64,000 nt of DNA from Candidatus Poribacteria bacterium (GCA_965215015.1 OZ244042.1:3648001-3712000), one strand, 5' to 3'. Counted from the stretch's first letter, positions 1 through 10,393 are shown. The notes: a model not told the origin generated them from the sequence alone. Program-made: numbers and translations.

Positions 1-245
1 AAAACCCCATCTTTTGAGGTAGGGATACAGATTGGCAAACGGTATTCATTCAAACAACGGTTGAAGTTGTCTGATTGTTAGGTGCTTGATAGCCTGACGG
101 CTTCTCGAGCCTAACAATCACAAAATAGGGTATACTTATTTTGTGTGAGGGATTTTCACCCCAACACGCTCCCGTCGGAGTGTGGGAAAACCGTTGCGGA
201 GTTTACCCCTGCTAACCGTTTGCTGCAGTACCACCGTCTCTATCT

Positions 246-362
246 AAATGGGTTGCAACCTTTACCCCCCTCGGTCCCCCCGCAAGCGGAGGGAGGACGC
301 AACGGGGGACGCAACCCCGCAAGCGGGGGGAATGGGGGTTACCCCTAAAGGATTTTTGATAA
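246..362. repeat. Dispersed GC-rich palindromic element (CCCCGCAAGCGG family), copy 1
   Basis: Near-identical reverse complement at 32437-32554; shorter related copies at about 15431-15462 and 63763-63820. Confidence 0.85.
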
Positions 363-376
363 GAAGGAGAAATTTA

Positions 377-1540
377 ATGAGCCAATCGTGGGTACGTAGT
401 GATAATGAAGTCCTCGCCACGCTGCAAGATGTTGTGGCGATTGAGAGCATAAACGCCAGTCTACCCGGCGGGGAACGCGGAGAAAGTGGTATGGTTGAAT
501 ATCTTGCCGATTTCTTCGATGCCTTGAATATCCCCTATGAGACGGACGAGGTGTTACCGGGGCGAAGCAATATCATCGCCACGTTGGAAGGTGAAAACCC
601 AGACCGCGTGCTGCTGTTTGAATGCCACATGGACACCGCTTCTGTCAGTGTTATGACCATTCCACCTTATGAACCGCATATTCGCGATGGCCTGCTCTAC
701 GGGCGCGGGGCGTGCGACACCAAAGCCGGGGGCGTCGCCATGATACACGCGATGAAGCGTTTCAAGGAGGCAGGGGTCAAACCTCCGTGCACCATCAAAT
801 ACGCCGGTGCCGTAGATGAAGAGTACAGTTTTCAGGGGGCACTGCAATTGGCGGCAACTATCAAGGCGGAGGCAGCGGTCATCTCTGAACCAACCGAATT
901 GGCGGTTATCCGTGCACACAAGGGGTTGGCACGTTTCCACATCGTCGTCAAAGGAGTCGCCGCTCACAGTGCCAAGCCGTATCTTGGTATAAATGCCATT
1001 TCAAAAATGACCCGAATAATCCGTGCAATTGAGGAGGAAATTGCGCCGACCTATGACTCTATGACTCATCCGCTTACCGGGAGCCCAACGCTCAATATCG
1101 GCGTCATTTCCGGGGGTGTGCAGGTCAACTTCGTACCAGACGAATGTATCATTGATATTGACCGTCGCGTCATCCCCGGCGAAACACCGGAGGAAGCCCT
1201 CGTTCCGTTTCAGGAACGGTTGGCGCGGGCGCAAGCCGCCGATTCGGATTTAGATGTTACGATGGAGACGCCGTATCTTATGGATAACCCGATGGAAACG
1301 CCAGAAGATGCGCGCATCGTGCAGGTCGCTGTCAGTGCATGTGAATCCGTGATTAGGAAATCGGAGATAACAGGCGTTCCCTACGGCACCGACGCCAGCA
1401 AGTTTACCTCTGTCGGTATTCCTTCTATTGTTTTTGGTCCCGGCAGTATTGATCAGGCGCACGCCGCAGTCGAATGGGTTGAGTGTGAACAGGTTTTGAA
1501 AGCTGTTGATATCTATCATCAGATCATGACGCAATTTTAA
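377..1540 (+). CDS. M20 family metallopeptidase/deacylase (ArgE/DapE-like)
   Basis: Motifs HMDT, LYGRGACDTK, VDEE, SEPT, G.AAHS, FGPG.I.QAH...E; AAGGAG RBS before ATG 377. The longer ORF start lies within a repeat. Confidence 0.9.
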   Translation: MSQSWVRSDNEVLATLQDVVAIESINASLPGGERGESGMVEYLADFFDALNIPYETDEVLPGRSNIIATLEGENPDRVLLFECHMDTASVSVMTIPPYEPHIRDGLLYGRGACDTKAGGVAMIHAMKRFKEAGVKPPCTIKYAGAVDEEYSFQGALQLAATIKAEAAVISEPTELAVIRAHKGLARFHIVVKGVAAHSAKPYLGINAISKMTRIIRAIEEEIAPTYDSMTHPLTGSPTLNIGVISGGVQVNFVPDECIIDIDRRVIPGETPEEALVPFQERLARAQAADSDLDVTMETPYLMDNPMETPEDARIVQVAVSACESVIRKSEITGVPYGTDASKFTSVGIPSIVFGPGSIDQAHAAVEWVECEQVLKAVDIYHQIMTQF

Positions 1541-1572
1541 GGCTCACCCTCTGTTCTTCCAATCTGAAAAAA

Positions 1573-1597
1573 GGGTAACCACAAGGGTTGCCCCTAC
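1573..1597. repeat. GTAG-type REP-like hairpin
   Basis: GGGTAACCACAAGGGTTGCCCCTAC; related GTAGGGGC/GCCCCTAC motifs near 25415-25432, 28731-28748 and 45686-45710. Confidence 0.55.
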
Positions 1598-1762
1598 CGC
1601 ATTTGCTCATCAATGAATGTCTCGCTTTCTCTTCATCCCCCTGTAATCCACTGGAATAGCTCACCCAAATGGGTCTCAGCCAGATTCAACACCACCGGCC
1701 CCCTCACGCCGATTGCCCCTTGAATCGCCTTCGTCGGACCGGCATGACCCTTATTCCGTTTT

Positions 1763-2089
1763 TTGTCTGAATCAGGATTCTCAGGATTAAAGGATTCTCA
1801 GGATTCCGGCTTGTCAGGCAGATTGTTAGGTACGGTTGTTAGGCCTCTGTTAGGTGAGAGATTGTTAGCCTGCCGCTAACAGAGGCCTAACCTGACAAGA
1901 AGGATCTACCACATTCTCCAAAGATCTTCAACATTTAAAAACATCAATGTTATATCTCTTTTAGATAACGGTTGTGAGTATCATGTGAGTATCAGACAAA
2001 TATTTAGTAAAGGCAGCTGGTTAGAGGTATCCCCCGCCAATCCCCCCCTCCTGAGAATCCTTTAATCCTGAAAATCCTGATTCAGACAA
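1763..2089. repeat. MITE-like element bounded by 41-bp inverted repeats (TCTGAATCAGGAT family), with a nested hairpin
   Basis: 1763-1803 matches the reverse complement of 2049-2089 at 40/41 bases; internal hairpin 1811-1898; extra right-arm copy at about 2132-2149. Confidence 0.8.
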
Positions 2090-2156
2090 TCACCCTTGCC
2101 TGCTAGATAACGGTTGTGAGTAGCAGACAAAAAATCCTGATTCAGACAATCCTCGA

Positions 2157-3356
2157 TTAGAATCGATCTAGCCACCATATAAATAGTTCACCCGCTGGAA
2201 AAAGCGCATCAAGTAGACCAATTGCGCGAATCTGTAAATCGTTGGAAAAAACCACCTCCTCGGGGCTTATATTCCCAAATAGCAGCTTCAACAGCTGCGT
2301 TTGACTGACGAAGAGGTTTATCTCCGGCGACACGCTGTTCCGTACAATACTGATTTCTCCATCCCGAATAATTAACGTCCGTTCATCGGCCTCGTAGCGG
2401 ATGCGAACAGCTCCCCTCCAGTCCGAAAAATCCGAACCCCTGAGCCTTACCTCCAACAACGGTTTAATCTTTGTCAACAGCGATTCAAAGTTGGTGATTA
2501 AAACCATAATATTGCTCCGCTCGCGTCTCCGAACAGAGCACCCCATTGTCTCGAATATCTTTCGGCTCTCCGACGGTGCTAGTGCGCTGATTTCCTGAAC
2601 TCCTTCCGTTTTCGCACAACAGAAGAAGTGACTGAATAATGCAATCATCGCCCCCTCTGCATCTGGAAGATAGCCAAATTCACCTACCATCCATTGTTCA
2701 ACTAGCAGATAGGCGACAGGTGTTCCCGCCCGCTTAGCAACCCAATACAGCGACGAATCGTATGGCCTCCACGTGGGGCGGTTGACCCAATACGCAGCAT
2801 TTTTAACAAACGTCCCCGTTCGCTCAGCGTTAAACTGGTCGAAAATTACTGGCAACACCGGCAAATCTCGATTCGGCTCATACTGCTCGATAGTCACATC
2901 AGCAGGTACTTCTCCAAGTGTTGGGGGCAGGAGCACCTCCATGCTGTAGGTCGGATAAATTACCCAACCCGCTCTGGCATAATGCGATTGGATGCCTGTA
3001 GACAGCATCGAGAGATCGTAACCCGCCGCTCGCATATACCGGATACTATCCCGCAGCACTCCCGATGAATAGCCGGCGCGACGATGCGTCGGATCTGTGC
3101 CAACGCTGCCGACTGCCCCCATCCGCACGACACCATTCGCAATACGCATGGGACGGTCAAAGACCTGTACAACGCTAGCGACCTTCCCATCCACAAAGCA
3201 GGCGCGCGTGTTATTGAGATCAAACCACGGATCTTGTTTGACAATGTTTGTAAAGCGATATCGTCTATCCCCTACGTCCCCGAAAGCACAAACGCTGCAT
3301 TCAATTGTATCGTTAAGTTCAGTTTCGTTGCGCGGGGCACGATATTCAATGTTCAT
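2157..3356 (-). CDS. Eis-like GNAT acetyltransferase with C-terminal SCP2-like domain
   Basis: Acetyl-CoA motif VGSVGTDPTHRRAGYS, HYARAGW, ~400 aa; GGAGGA RBS before ATG 3356. Confidence 0.85.
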   Translation of the reverse strand: MNIEYRAPRNETELNDTIECSVCAFGDVGDRRYRFTNIVKQDPWFDLNNTRACFVDGKVASVVQVFDRPMRIANGVVRMGAVGSVGTDPTHRRAGYSSGVLRDSIRYMRAAGYDLSMLSTGIQSHYARAGWVIYPTYSMEVLLPPTLGEVPADVTIEQYEPNRDLPVLPVIFDQFNAERTGTFVKNAAYWVNRPTWRPYDSSLYWVAKRAGTPVAYLLVEQWMVGEFGYLPDAEGAMIALFSHFFCCAKTEGVQEISALAPSESRKIFETMGCSVRRRERSNIMVLITNFESLLTKIKPLLEVRLRGSDFSDWRGAVRIRYEADERTLIIRDGEISIVRNSVSPEINLFVSQTQLLKLLFGNISPEEVVFSNDLQIRAIGLLDALFPAGELFIWWLDRF

Positions 3357-3614
3357 AAACTCCTCCAAACACAGATAGAGACGCAAATCTACGATGATTT
3401 ATTTATAATCGCCGCACCCCAACCACCGTTTCAAAATGATATGTTATCGGAAATAGATTCACAAGATCCAAGGAAGCAACTTCATCGCTTGCACTCAGCT
3501 GAATTTCGTATCGATCGCCGACAAGGTATGGCAGTGCTTGCTTCCTCATGGTGCTGCTTCATACAGTTTACATCCACAGATTCTTTGAACGAACTGCTTG
3601 GATTTTATCTGTCT

Positions 3615-4262
3615 CTAGTTTTCTGCATCCACCACCCAACGAATTCCCTGATCGACGAGCTGGCGATACCCCGGATTGCCGTAAGCGAGTCTATCGTGCC
3701 CGAGCTGGATGTATACGATTTGGGAATTACCGTATCGATGGGTCCAACCAATCACCGGTGCGCTCTCCGGATGTTCCGCCTTGAGTAGGACATGCACGTC
3801 CGGATTGGCGGCGAAATTGCCGTATGTCTCATCTTCAATCTCAAAATCTTGCATCCCTTTTGTTGCCGGATGATTGGGGTCGGCAATTTGGATGGTGTAT
3901 TGCACGTTGTGTTTCACCGTGCCTTTACCTTGCTCCCAAACCCCACCGACGATTCGATCAAACTCATCCCACTCTGGGAACGAAATCAGGGCATGATGCA
4001 GGTACACAATCGGTTTACCGCGATTCAGTATTTCAAGATATGCTGTCTGCTGGTCAGCGGTAATCTCCTGCCACATATCGTAAAAGATGAGCGCATCGTA
4101 ATTCCTTGCTGTTTCAACGTTCAAGTGCTCGAACGCATCTGGGAAGACAGCAGTATCGTAGCTGAAATTATCGAAACTATTGAACATCTCCCAAAACGGT
4201 TCTTGCTCAAAACCGTGTCCGCCGGTAATTATTAAAGTGTGGATGTTTGCATCCGTTCCCAT
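3615..4262 (-). CDS. ThuA-like domain protein (class I glutamine amidotransferase-like fold)
   Basis: LIITGGH, VYLHHA, HP.T.G..DFEIEDETY, W...YG...VY.QLGHD; AGGAGG RBS before ATG 4262. Confidence 0.85.
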   Translation of the reverse strand: MGTDANIHTLIITGGHGFEQEPFWEMFNSFDNFSYDTAVFPDAFEHLNVETARNYDALIFYDMWQEITADQQTAYLEILNRGKPIVYLHHALISFPEWDEFDRIVGGVWEQGKGTVKHNVQYTIQIADPNHPATKGMQDFEIEDETYGNFAANPDVHVLLKAEHPESAPVIGWTHRYGNSQIVYIQLGHDRLAYGNPGYRQLVDQGIRWVVDAEN

Positions 4263-4388
4263 GACCTGCCTCCTGTTTTCCATAAAAGCTCAATTGAAAA
4301 AACTGACAATATATAGGGTATCATCCCGATAGCATAAAGTGAAACAGAAATTTGCCAGAAAAACTCAGAAACCGAGTTTTCCAAGGTA

Positions 4389-4515
4389 GTTCGGTTGTGA
4401 GATGTGAGATACGGACACCGGAAAACTCGAGGCAATCCTGGAGGGGCATACGGATTGGGGCACCACTGTGGCGTTTTCGCCGGATGGGAAGGTACTTGCT
4501 AGTGAGGGATGGAGA
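4389..4515 (+). pseudogene. Isolated degenerate WD40 repeat fragment
   Basis: Reads VRL*D then *DTDTGKLEAILEGHTDWGTTVAFSPDGKVLASEG; TGA at the expected Trp plus a TGTGAGA duplication. Confidence 0.7.
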
Positions 4516-4713
4516 GGGGATAATCCTAACAATTGGTGCGAGTTTGCAACGGTTGGGCTAGGAGGCCCAACCTACAGCGAGGGTGTTGGGTTTCACGGTG
4601 CCCGTTCAATCCAACCGACAACACTAGTATCAAAGGTCCCTACTATGGCAACACATCCTCCACGGCAGAATCCAGCCAGTGCACCTGTCGCAAACCATTT
4701 TTTTCCACCCTGC

Positions 4714-6282
4714 CTACTCCACATTCCGTGCCTTAAAACGTGCCGCTTGGTTCACGAGGCGCACCAGCTCATCGCCTCGCTCGTCATGGATTTGAGGCAA
4801 GATGCCTTCAAGGAGTTGGTGTACAACCTCCAAACTCCCCTCTTGTGCCCAGAAGCTGTCCCGTAGGATTTCGGCAAATTCCGCGATGGCAGCAGCCAAT
4901 TGAAATTTGAGGGATGCATCTTCAAAAACATCTGCAAGCTCTGCAGCAAAGATATCCTCGCTGATTTCCACGACGTGACGGGTATCCGGATCCTCGTGCC
5001 GTATCGATACCGTCGCCAGCTGCCCCAAGGCACTCTCATGGAGTTTAATCTCGTAGAGTGCCGTTACGCTGTGACCTGAACCAATCTCCCCGCCATCCGC
5101 ATCATCGTCCCGGAAATCTTCATGATCGAGACGACGATTCTCATAACCGAGCAGGCGAAAGCGGCTGACGACCTGGGGATTGAAATTGACCTGGACCTTG
5201 GCATCTTTGGCGATAACCTGTAGCGTGCCGGTCAGATTCTCTACAAAAATCCGTCTTGCCTCGTTGAGGCTATCGACATAAGCGTAGCTGCCATTTCCCC
5301 TGTTAGCGAGTTGTTCCATCAGGATATCGTTGAAATTACCCATACCGAAACCAACCGTCGTTAACGTTATTCCTTCCTCAACGTAGGCGCGAACCTCTCT
5401 GAGGATCGCATCGGGCCCCGTTTCCCCAACATTGGCAACGCCATCCGAACAAAGAATAACCCGGTTGATGTTACCAAACCGTGCATTCTTTAGGGCGAGA
5501 TCATATCCTATGCGAAGCCCCTCTTCGGCATTGGTCGCGCCCTCCGGTGCTAGGGAATTAATCGCCGCGATGATTTCTTTACGTTCCTCAATCCCTGTGT
5601 GCGAAAGTAAGACCTTGGCGCGAGAACCGTAAATAACGATGCCCACCTCGTCCCCGGGTCGAAGTTCCTCAACCAGAAGCGTCAACGCTTGTTTTACCAA
5701 TTCCAACCGATTTTCCATAGACATGGAACCGGAGACATCAATTACGAAAGTCAATGTCGCATCTTTCCGGTTCTCAGTGGGGACAACCCGTCCTTGGATG
5801 CCGATTCGTAATAATTGCAGCCGCTTACCTTCACCAAATTTGGAGGGTGCACCTTCAATATGGACGGCAAACGCCCCATCCGACGGGGGTTCATAATTGT
5901 AATCAAAGGCGTTGACAAATTCCTCGACGCGCACAGCTTCCGGTGGAGGCAGGAAACCATCTCGGAGGTAGCGTCGCATGACGGAATAGGAGGCGGTATC
6001 TACATCCATACCAAACGTCGAAAAATGGTCATCTTCCGTATCAATAAATGGATTGGTTCCATGATCCTTAAAGAATACATCGTCAAAGGCTGCACCGTTT
6101 GGAGGGTTCAACCCCGAAGGAAGAAAGTCGAATCCTCCATAACCGTAATCATCATCGGCGTCAGTGGCCTCAGCATAGAAATCATCATCGTTGCTGCCGC
6201 AGCCTGTGTAGATTAAGGCTATAAGTCCCCACATTGCCAAGACAGTCAGCAGTTGGCACAAAGATATAAATTTCGATATCAT
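4714..6282 (-). CDS. YfbK-like von Willebrand factor A domain lipoprotein (vWF_A + VWA + DUF3520-like)
   Basis: Lipobox-like YTGC, STFGMDVDTASY, VRVEEFVNAF, MIDAS DVSGS, SDGVANVG, IAKDAKVQV.FNP, RLLGYENR. Confidence 0.9.
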   Translation of the reverse strand: MISKFISLCQLLTVLAMWGLIALIYTGCGSNDDDFYAEATDADDDYGYGGFDFLPSGLNPPNGAAFDDVFFKDHGTNPFIDTEDDHFSTFGMDVDTASYSVMRRYLRDGFLPPPEAVRVEEFVNAFDYNYEPPSDGAFAVHIEGAPSKFGEGKRLQLLRIGIQGRVVPTENRKDATLTFVIDVSGSMSMENRLELVKQALTLLVEELRPGDEVGIVIYGSRAKVLLSHTGIEERKEIIAAINSLAPEGATNAEEGLRIGYDLALKNARFGNINRVILCSDGVANVGETGPDAILREVRAYVEEGITLTTVGFGMGNFNDILMEQLANRGNGSYAYVDSLNEARRIFVENLTGTLQVIAKDAKVQVNFNPQVVSRFRLLGYENRRLDHEDFRDDDADGGEIGSGHSVTALYEIKLHESALGQLATVSIRHEDPDTRHVVEISEDIFAAELADVFEDASLKFQLAAAIAEFAEILRDSFWAQEGSLEVVHQLLEGILPQIHDERGDELVRLVNQAARFKARNVE

Positions 6283-6434
6283 TCGGAATAGGCTCCTTTC
6301 CTTTTTAAGACACCTGAACGTAAGAGCTAACTCACTATACTACTAAAGGTTTGCATTATGATTGGTTAGCTATTTCATCGGAATTATTCAATTTATTTCA
6401 GTTTTGTCCGATAGATATGCGCTCAGGTAGTGCG

Positions 6435-7148
6435 CTATTCCTTACTTGAAGGAGCTCCCGCAATCACGATGGTAAACTCCCCCCGTGGCGGCGTTCCTCG
6501 AAGTTTCTCAATCGTTTCGGCCATCGTGCCCCGGAAGACTTCCTCGAACTTTTTCGTCAACTCACGCGCAACGGAAACCTGCCGATCGCCGAACACTTCC
6601 AGAACATCTTGCAGGAACGAAATCACCCGATGTGGAGATTCGTAGAAGATAAGGGTTCGTTTTTCTTCACATAAATCCGTGAGTTGGCGTTTCCGTCTCC
6701 CCGACTTCGGCGAAAGGAAACCTTCAAAGACGAAATTGTGCAGCGGCAACCCTGCAACCGAAGCCGCCGCAATACAAGCAGATGGCCCCGGAATCGGAAC
6801 GATAGGGATAGCCGCTTCGATGCACTGAATCAGCAGCCGATATCCGGGATCCGATATCGTCGGTGTACCCGCATCGGATACCAGAGCGATCGACTCCCCC
6901 GTTTTTAATCGCGCGACTAGCTTTTCACCCTTCTGGATCTGGTTCCCCTCAAAGTAGCTGGTCATCGACGTATGAATCTCATAGTGGGCAAGCAGGCGGC
7001 GCGTGTGGCGGGTGTCCTCCGCAGCGATGAGATCGACCGTTTTGAGCACACGCAACGCCCGGAGCGTGACGTCCTCTAGATTGCCGATCGGGGTGCTTAC
7101 GATGTATAGCACACCCTCTGTTGAATTGACGTCGGTAGATTGTGCCAT
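6435..7148 (-). CDS. rsmI: 16S rRNA (cytidine1402-2'-O)-methyltransferase
   Basis: LYIVSTPIGNLED, AAEDTR, VSDAGTPTISDPG, YESPHR, RELTKKFEE, PRGEF; start could be 7154. Confidence 0.95.
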   Translation of the reverse strand: MAQSTDVNSTEGVLYIVSTPIGNLEDVTLRALRVLKTVDLIAAEDTRHTRRLLAHYEIHTSMTSYFEGNQIQKGEKLVARLKTGESIALVSDAGTPTISDPGYRLLIQCIEAAIPIVPIPGPSACIAAASVAGLPLHNFVFEGFLSPKSGRRKRQLTDLCEEKRTLIFYESPHRVISFLQDVLEVFGDRQVSVARELTKKFEEVFRGTMAETIEKLRGTPPRGEFTIVIAGAPSSKE

Positions 7149-7154
7149 TTTCAT

Positions 7155-8279
7155 CTAATAATCCGCAAAGGAACCATCGTCCTCGTGCCAGAACATCCCC
7201 CGCAATTGGAAGGTATCATCCCGAAACGCTTCGATGGCTTCATCTTCCATATCCACACCTAACCCCGGTTCCGTCGGCAGCTCAATAAACCCGTCCTTCA
7301 GGGTCAGCGGAGTATTGAATAATCCTTGACCCCGATTGTGTCCTCCCTCGCAAATCAGCAGGTTGGGTATGGTCGCCATGACGTGCACCGACGCTGCCAC
7401 CCCGATCGGGCCGGCTGCGTTGTGGGGAGCAATCGCCATATTGTGAATCTCCGCCATCGTCGCAATCTTTTTTAATTCCATTATCCCGCCGGAGTGTCGA
7501 ATATCGGGCTGCAAAATGGCACACATCTCGCGCTCAATCACCTCACGGAAACTCCACCGCGTTAAGTGGCGTTCCCCCGTCGCAATCGGCACCGTCGTTG
7601 AGCGCGATAACGCCAACAGCGGCTCGTTGTTCTCCGGATGGCACGGCTCCTCGGCAAACAGCGGGCGTAACGGTTCTAACTCCTTCACGAAAATCGTCGC
7701 CATCGTGGGACTGAACCGCCGATGGAGATCAACAGCGATATCGACCTCATCGCCTACCGCTTCGCGCACGGCCGCTACCCGCGCTACCATTGTATCAATC
7801 GCCTTCGGCGTATCCACAAAGCGCACAGGGCCCTGCGCCCCTCCCATCTTCACCGCGCTGAACCCTGCTTCGACAGCGGTGCGTGCGTTCTCTGCACATT
7901 GCTGTGGTGTTGTGCCGCCTGCAGCCGTATACACACGGATGCGTCGACGGACTGAACCGCCGAGCAGTTTCCATACCGGCAGCCCCACCGCTTTGCCGAA
8001 CACATCCCACATCGCCATCTCAATTCCACTTAGCGCACCGACCAGCACCGGCATACTCCGACTGTAACTGGATCGGAACATCGCCTGCCAGTGATCTTCG
8101 ATTTGTAAGGGATCCCTGCCCACCAGATACTCTGCCATATCATCCACTGCCTGTGCCACCGGACGCCAATGCGCGTAATTCATCGGTTCACCGAAGCCGA
8201 CCAAGCCTTCGTCGGTGAACATCTTCAAAACCATCGCGCGTCCCCGTATTGGAATTGTTTCAAACCCTGTTATTTTCAT
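7155..8279 (-). CDS. Mandelate racemase/muconate lactonizing family enzyme, galactonate dehydratase-like
   Basis: TDEG..G.GE, A.WD..GK..G.PV..LLGG, D.H, EEP, P.ATGE, QPD, APHN, PGLG. Confidence 0.88.
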   Translation of the reverse strand: MKITGFETIPIRGRAMVLKMFTDEGLVGFGEPMNYAHWRPVAQAVDDMAEYLVGRDPLQIEDHWQAMFRSSYSRSMPVLVGALSGIEMAMWDVFGKAVGLPVWKLLGGSVRRRIRVYTAAGGTTPQQCAENARTAVEAGFSAVKMGGAQGPVRFVDTPKAIDTMVARVAAVREAVGDEVDIAVDLHRRFSPTMATIFVKELEPLRPLFAEEPCHPENNEPLLALSRSTTVPIATGERHLTRWSFREVIEREMCAILQPDIRHSGGIMELKKIATMAEIHNMAIAPHNAAGPIGVAASVHVMATIPNLLICEGGHNRGQGLFNTPLTLKDGFIELPTEPGLGVDMEDEAIEAFRDDTFQLRGMFWHEDDGSFADY

Positions 8280-8398
8280 CACGTTCTCCTAATGTATCGC
8301 CAAAATTGAATGGAAAAAAGTCTTTCTTACATGATAATACATCGGAGATGGGGTGTCAACGGTAGAAAGTATAAGGCCCAACTGCTCTCAATTTTCGA

Positions 8399-8428
8399 TT
8401 GAAAGCCTCCCTTGCAATCGGGTATAAT
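8399..8428 (+). promoter_or_regulatory. Candidate sigma70 promoter for the defence island
   Basis: TTGAAA-18 nt-TATAAT, about 110 bp upstream of ATG 8538. Confidence 0.5.
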
Positions 8429-8537
8429 AGGTGCCTATCTATGTTCTTTTGAGGATTAGGGAACAGCGATTGTTGTTCCCTACTTGGCGATCCATTGCCC
8501 GTCTCATCGATTCTGGGGGTAAGAGTGGAGCCTTGAC

Positions 8538-9785
8538 ATGAAAAATTCAACGTTTATCACAAGAGTTGTTCTAAAAAACTATAAGAATATCGCTGCGTGC
8601 GATGTGAAGCTGCGCCCATTGATGTTCTTGGTAGGACCTAACGGCGCGGGCAAGAGCAATTTTCTGGATGCTCTGCGATTCGTCGCCGATGCGTTGGATT
8701 CATCGTTAGATCACGCTATACGCGATCGAGGCGGAATTAACGAGGTCCGCCGCCGCTCTGGTGGGCATCCCAATCATTTCAGCATTCGCCTTGATTTCAT
8801 CTTGCCCGAAGGTATGACTGGACACTACGCCTTTCGCATCGGTGCTCGTCCACGTGGAGGGTACGAGGTTCAGAGAGAAGAGTGCAGACTTTGGCGTGGA
8901 GACCTCTTCACTCAAGAGGAATACTTCCATGTTCAGAATGGCAGCGTGGCCGAGACAAGTGTGGATGTAGCACCGGCTGCTGCAACGGATCGGCTCTACC
9001 TGGTCAACGCCTCCGGATTGACAGAATTCCGTCCTGTCTACGAAGCGTTTTCTAAGATGGGATTTTATAGTCTCAACCCCGATAAAATCCGAGATCTCCA
9101 AGCACCCGATCCGGGCGACCTACTTATTCGCGACGGAAGTAACCTTACAAGTGTCCTTGCCCAACTGACACCGGCTGCGAAGGAACGCATAGAGGAATAT
9201 CTCGCGGCGGTTGTCCCTGGCGTGCATGGAGTAGAAGTCAGAGAGATTGGTCCAAAGGAGACGTTAGAGTTCCGACAGGATGTCGCAGGTTCAAAATACC
9301 CATGGCGCTTTCTCGCAAACAATATGTCTGATGGCACACTCCGCGTGTTGGGAATCCTTGTCGCACTGTTTCAGGGGAATCCCAACGCAAAAAAACAGGT
9401 GCTGCTTGTGGGCATTGAAGAGCCTGAAATCGCGCTTCATCCGGCAGCGGCAGGTGTGTTGCTTGATGAACTTCAGGACGCTGCCGCCAAGATACAGATT
9501 ATTGTTACCAGCCACAGTCCAGACCTGCTCGATAACAAGGGCCTGGGAGTGGAGTCAATTCTCGCGGTTAAATCGCACAATGGCACCGCGACAATTGCCA
9601 GTGTGCACGAAGGAGGAAGGGCGGCAGTGCGCGAGCAGCTGTTTACAGCAGGCGAACTCCTACGTCTCAATCAATTACAACCCGATCCGGCATCTGTCAT
9701 TTCCGGTGCAAAGGCGAAGCAACTCCGTATTTTCGATTTCGACAAGAGAAAATTGAGTCGAACGAAGGAGGAAAAACACGGATGA
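8538..9785 (+). CDS. ABC-type/AAA_21 ATPase (COG4637-like)
   Basis: Walker A GPNGAGKS, signature MSDGTLR, Walker B/D-loop IEEPE..LHP, H-loop TSHS. Confidence 0.9.
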   Translation: MKNSTFITRVVLKNYKNIAACDVKLRPLMFLVGPNGAGKSNFLDALRFVADALDSSLDHAIRDRGGINEVRRRSGGHPNHFSIRLDFILPEGMTGHYAFRIGARPRGGYEVQREECRLWRGDLFTQEEYFHVQNGSVAETSVDVAPAAATDRLYLVNASGLTEFRPVYEAFSKMGFYSLNPDKIRDLQAPDPGDLLIRDGSNLTSVLAQLTPAAKERIEEYLAAVVPGVHGVEVREIGPKETLEFRQDVAGSKYPWRFLANNMSDGTLRVLGILVALFQGNPNAKKQVLLVGIEEPEIALHPAAAGVLLDELQDAAAKIQIIVTSHSPDLLDNKGLGVESILAVKSHNGTATIASVHEGGRAAVREQLFTAGELLRLNQLQPDPASVISGAKAKQLRIFDFDKRKLSRTKEEKHG

Positions 9786-10393
9786 CGGTCCAAATCGGTT
9801 GCATTGTCGAAGGACATGGCGAAGTGGCAGCCGTGCCAATCCTGATTCGGCGCATCGCTGAGAGTCTTTATCCAGAGTTGGGGATTGGTATGCCGCACCC
9901 AATTCGGGTTTCTAGGGCTAAGGTTATTAAGCCGGGTGAACTTGAACGAGCTGTCAAATTAGCAGCGCGGAATATTAGAGGCCAAGGGGCTATATTTATC
10001 CTCATCGACAGCGACGAAGACTGCCCAGCGCGAACGGGACCAGTGCTGCTTTGTCGAGCGTCAGAAGTGCGCAGCGATCTGCCGATTGCTGTCGTGTTAG
10101 CAAAACATGAGTTCGAGGCGTGGTTTCTTGCAGCCGCTGAGTCACTTCAGGGACAAAGAGGTTTAAGAAACGATTTCCAACCCCCGAACGATCCGGAGGC
10201 AATCCGCGGGGCGAAGGAATGGTTGAGACAGGGGTTGGAGAGGGGTGAAACGTATCGAGAAACCCTTGATCAACCCGCGCTCACAGCCCACTTTGACCTG
10301 GACCAAGCCCGTCGCGCAGACTCTTTCGACAAGTGCTACCGGGATATTGTTCGTCTCCTCGATGAATTGCAGAAAGCAGGGGGTTCACAATAA
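9782..10393 (+). CDS. DUF4276-family (TOPRIM-like) protein coupled to the ATPase
   Basis: ATGA overlap with the ATPase; IVEGHGE, DSDED, E.EAWFLA motifs. Confidence 0.8.
   Translation: MTVQIGCIVEGHGEVAAVPILIRRIAESLYPELGIGMPHPIRVSRAKVIKPGELERAVKLAARNIRGQGAIFILIDSDEDCPARTGPVLLCRASEVRSDLPIAVVLAKHEFEAWFLAAAESLQGQRGLRNDFQPPNDPEAIRGAKEWLRQGLERGETYRETLDQPALTAHFDLDQARRADSFDKCYRDIVRLLDELQKAGGSQ

Noticed and set aside
248-376. N-terminal extension of the M20 peptidase
   Set aside because: It is the translation of a dispersed repeat; the RBS supports ATG 377
1811-1898. Integron attC site
   Set aside because: GTTAGGC precedes GCCTAAC, the reverse of attC order, and there is no integrase in the window
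3084-3788. 234-aa plus-strand ORF
   Set aside because: Overlaps two well-supported minus-strand genes and has no recognisable motifs
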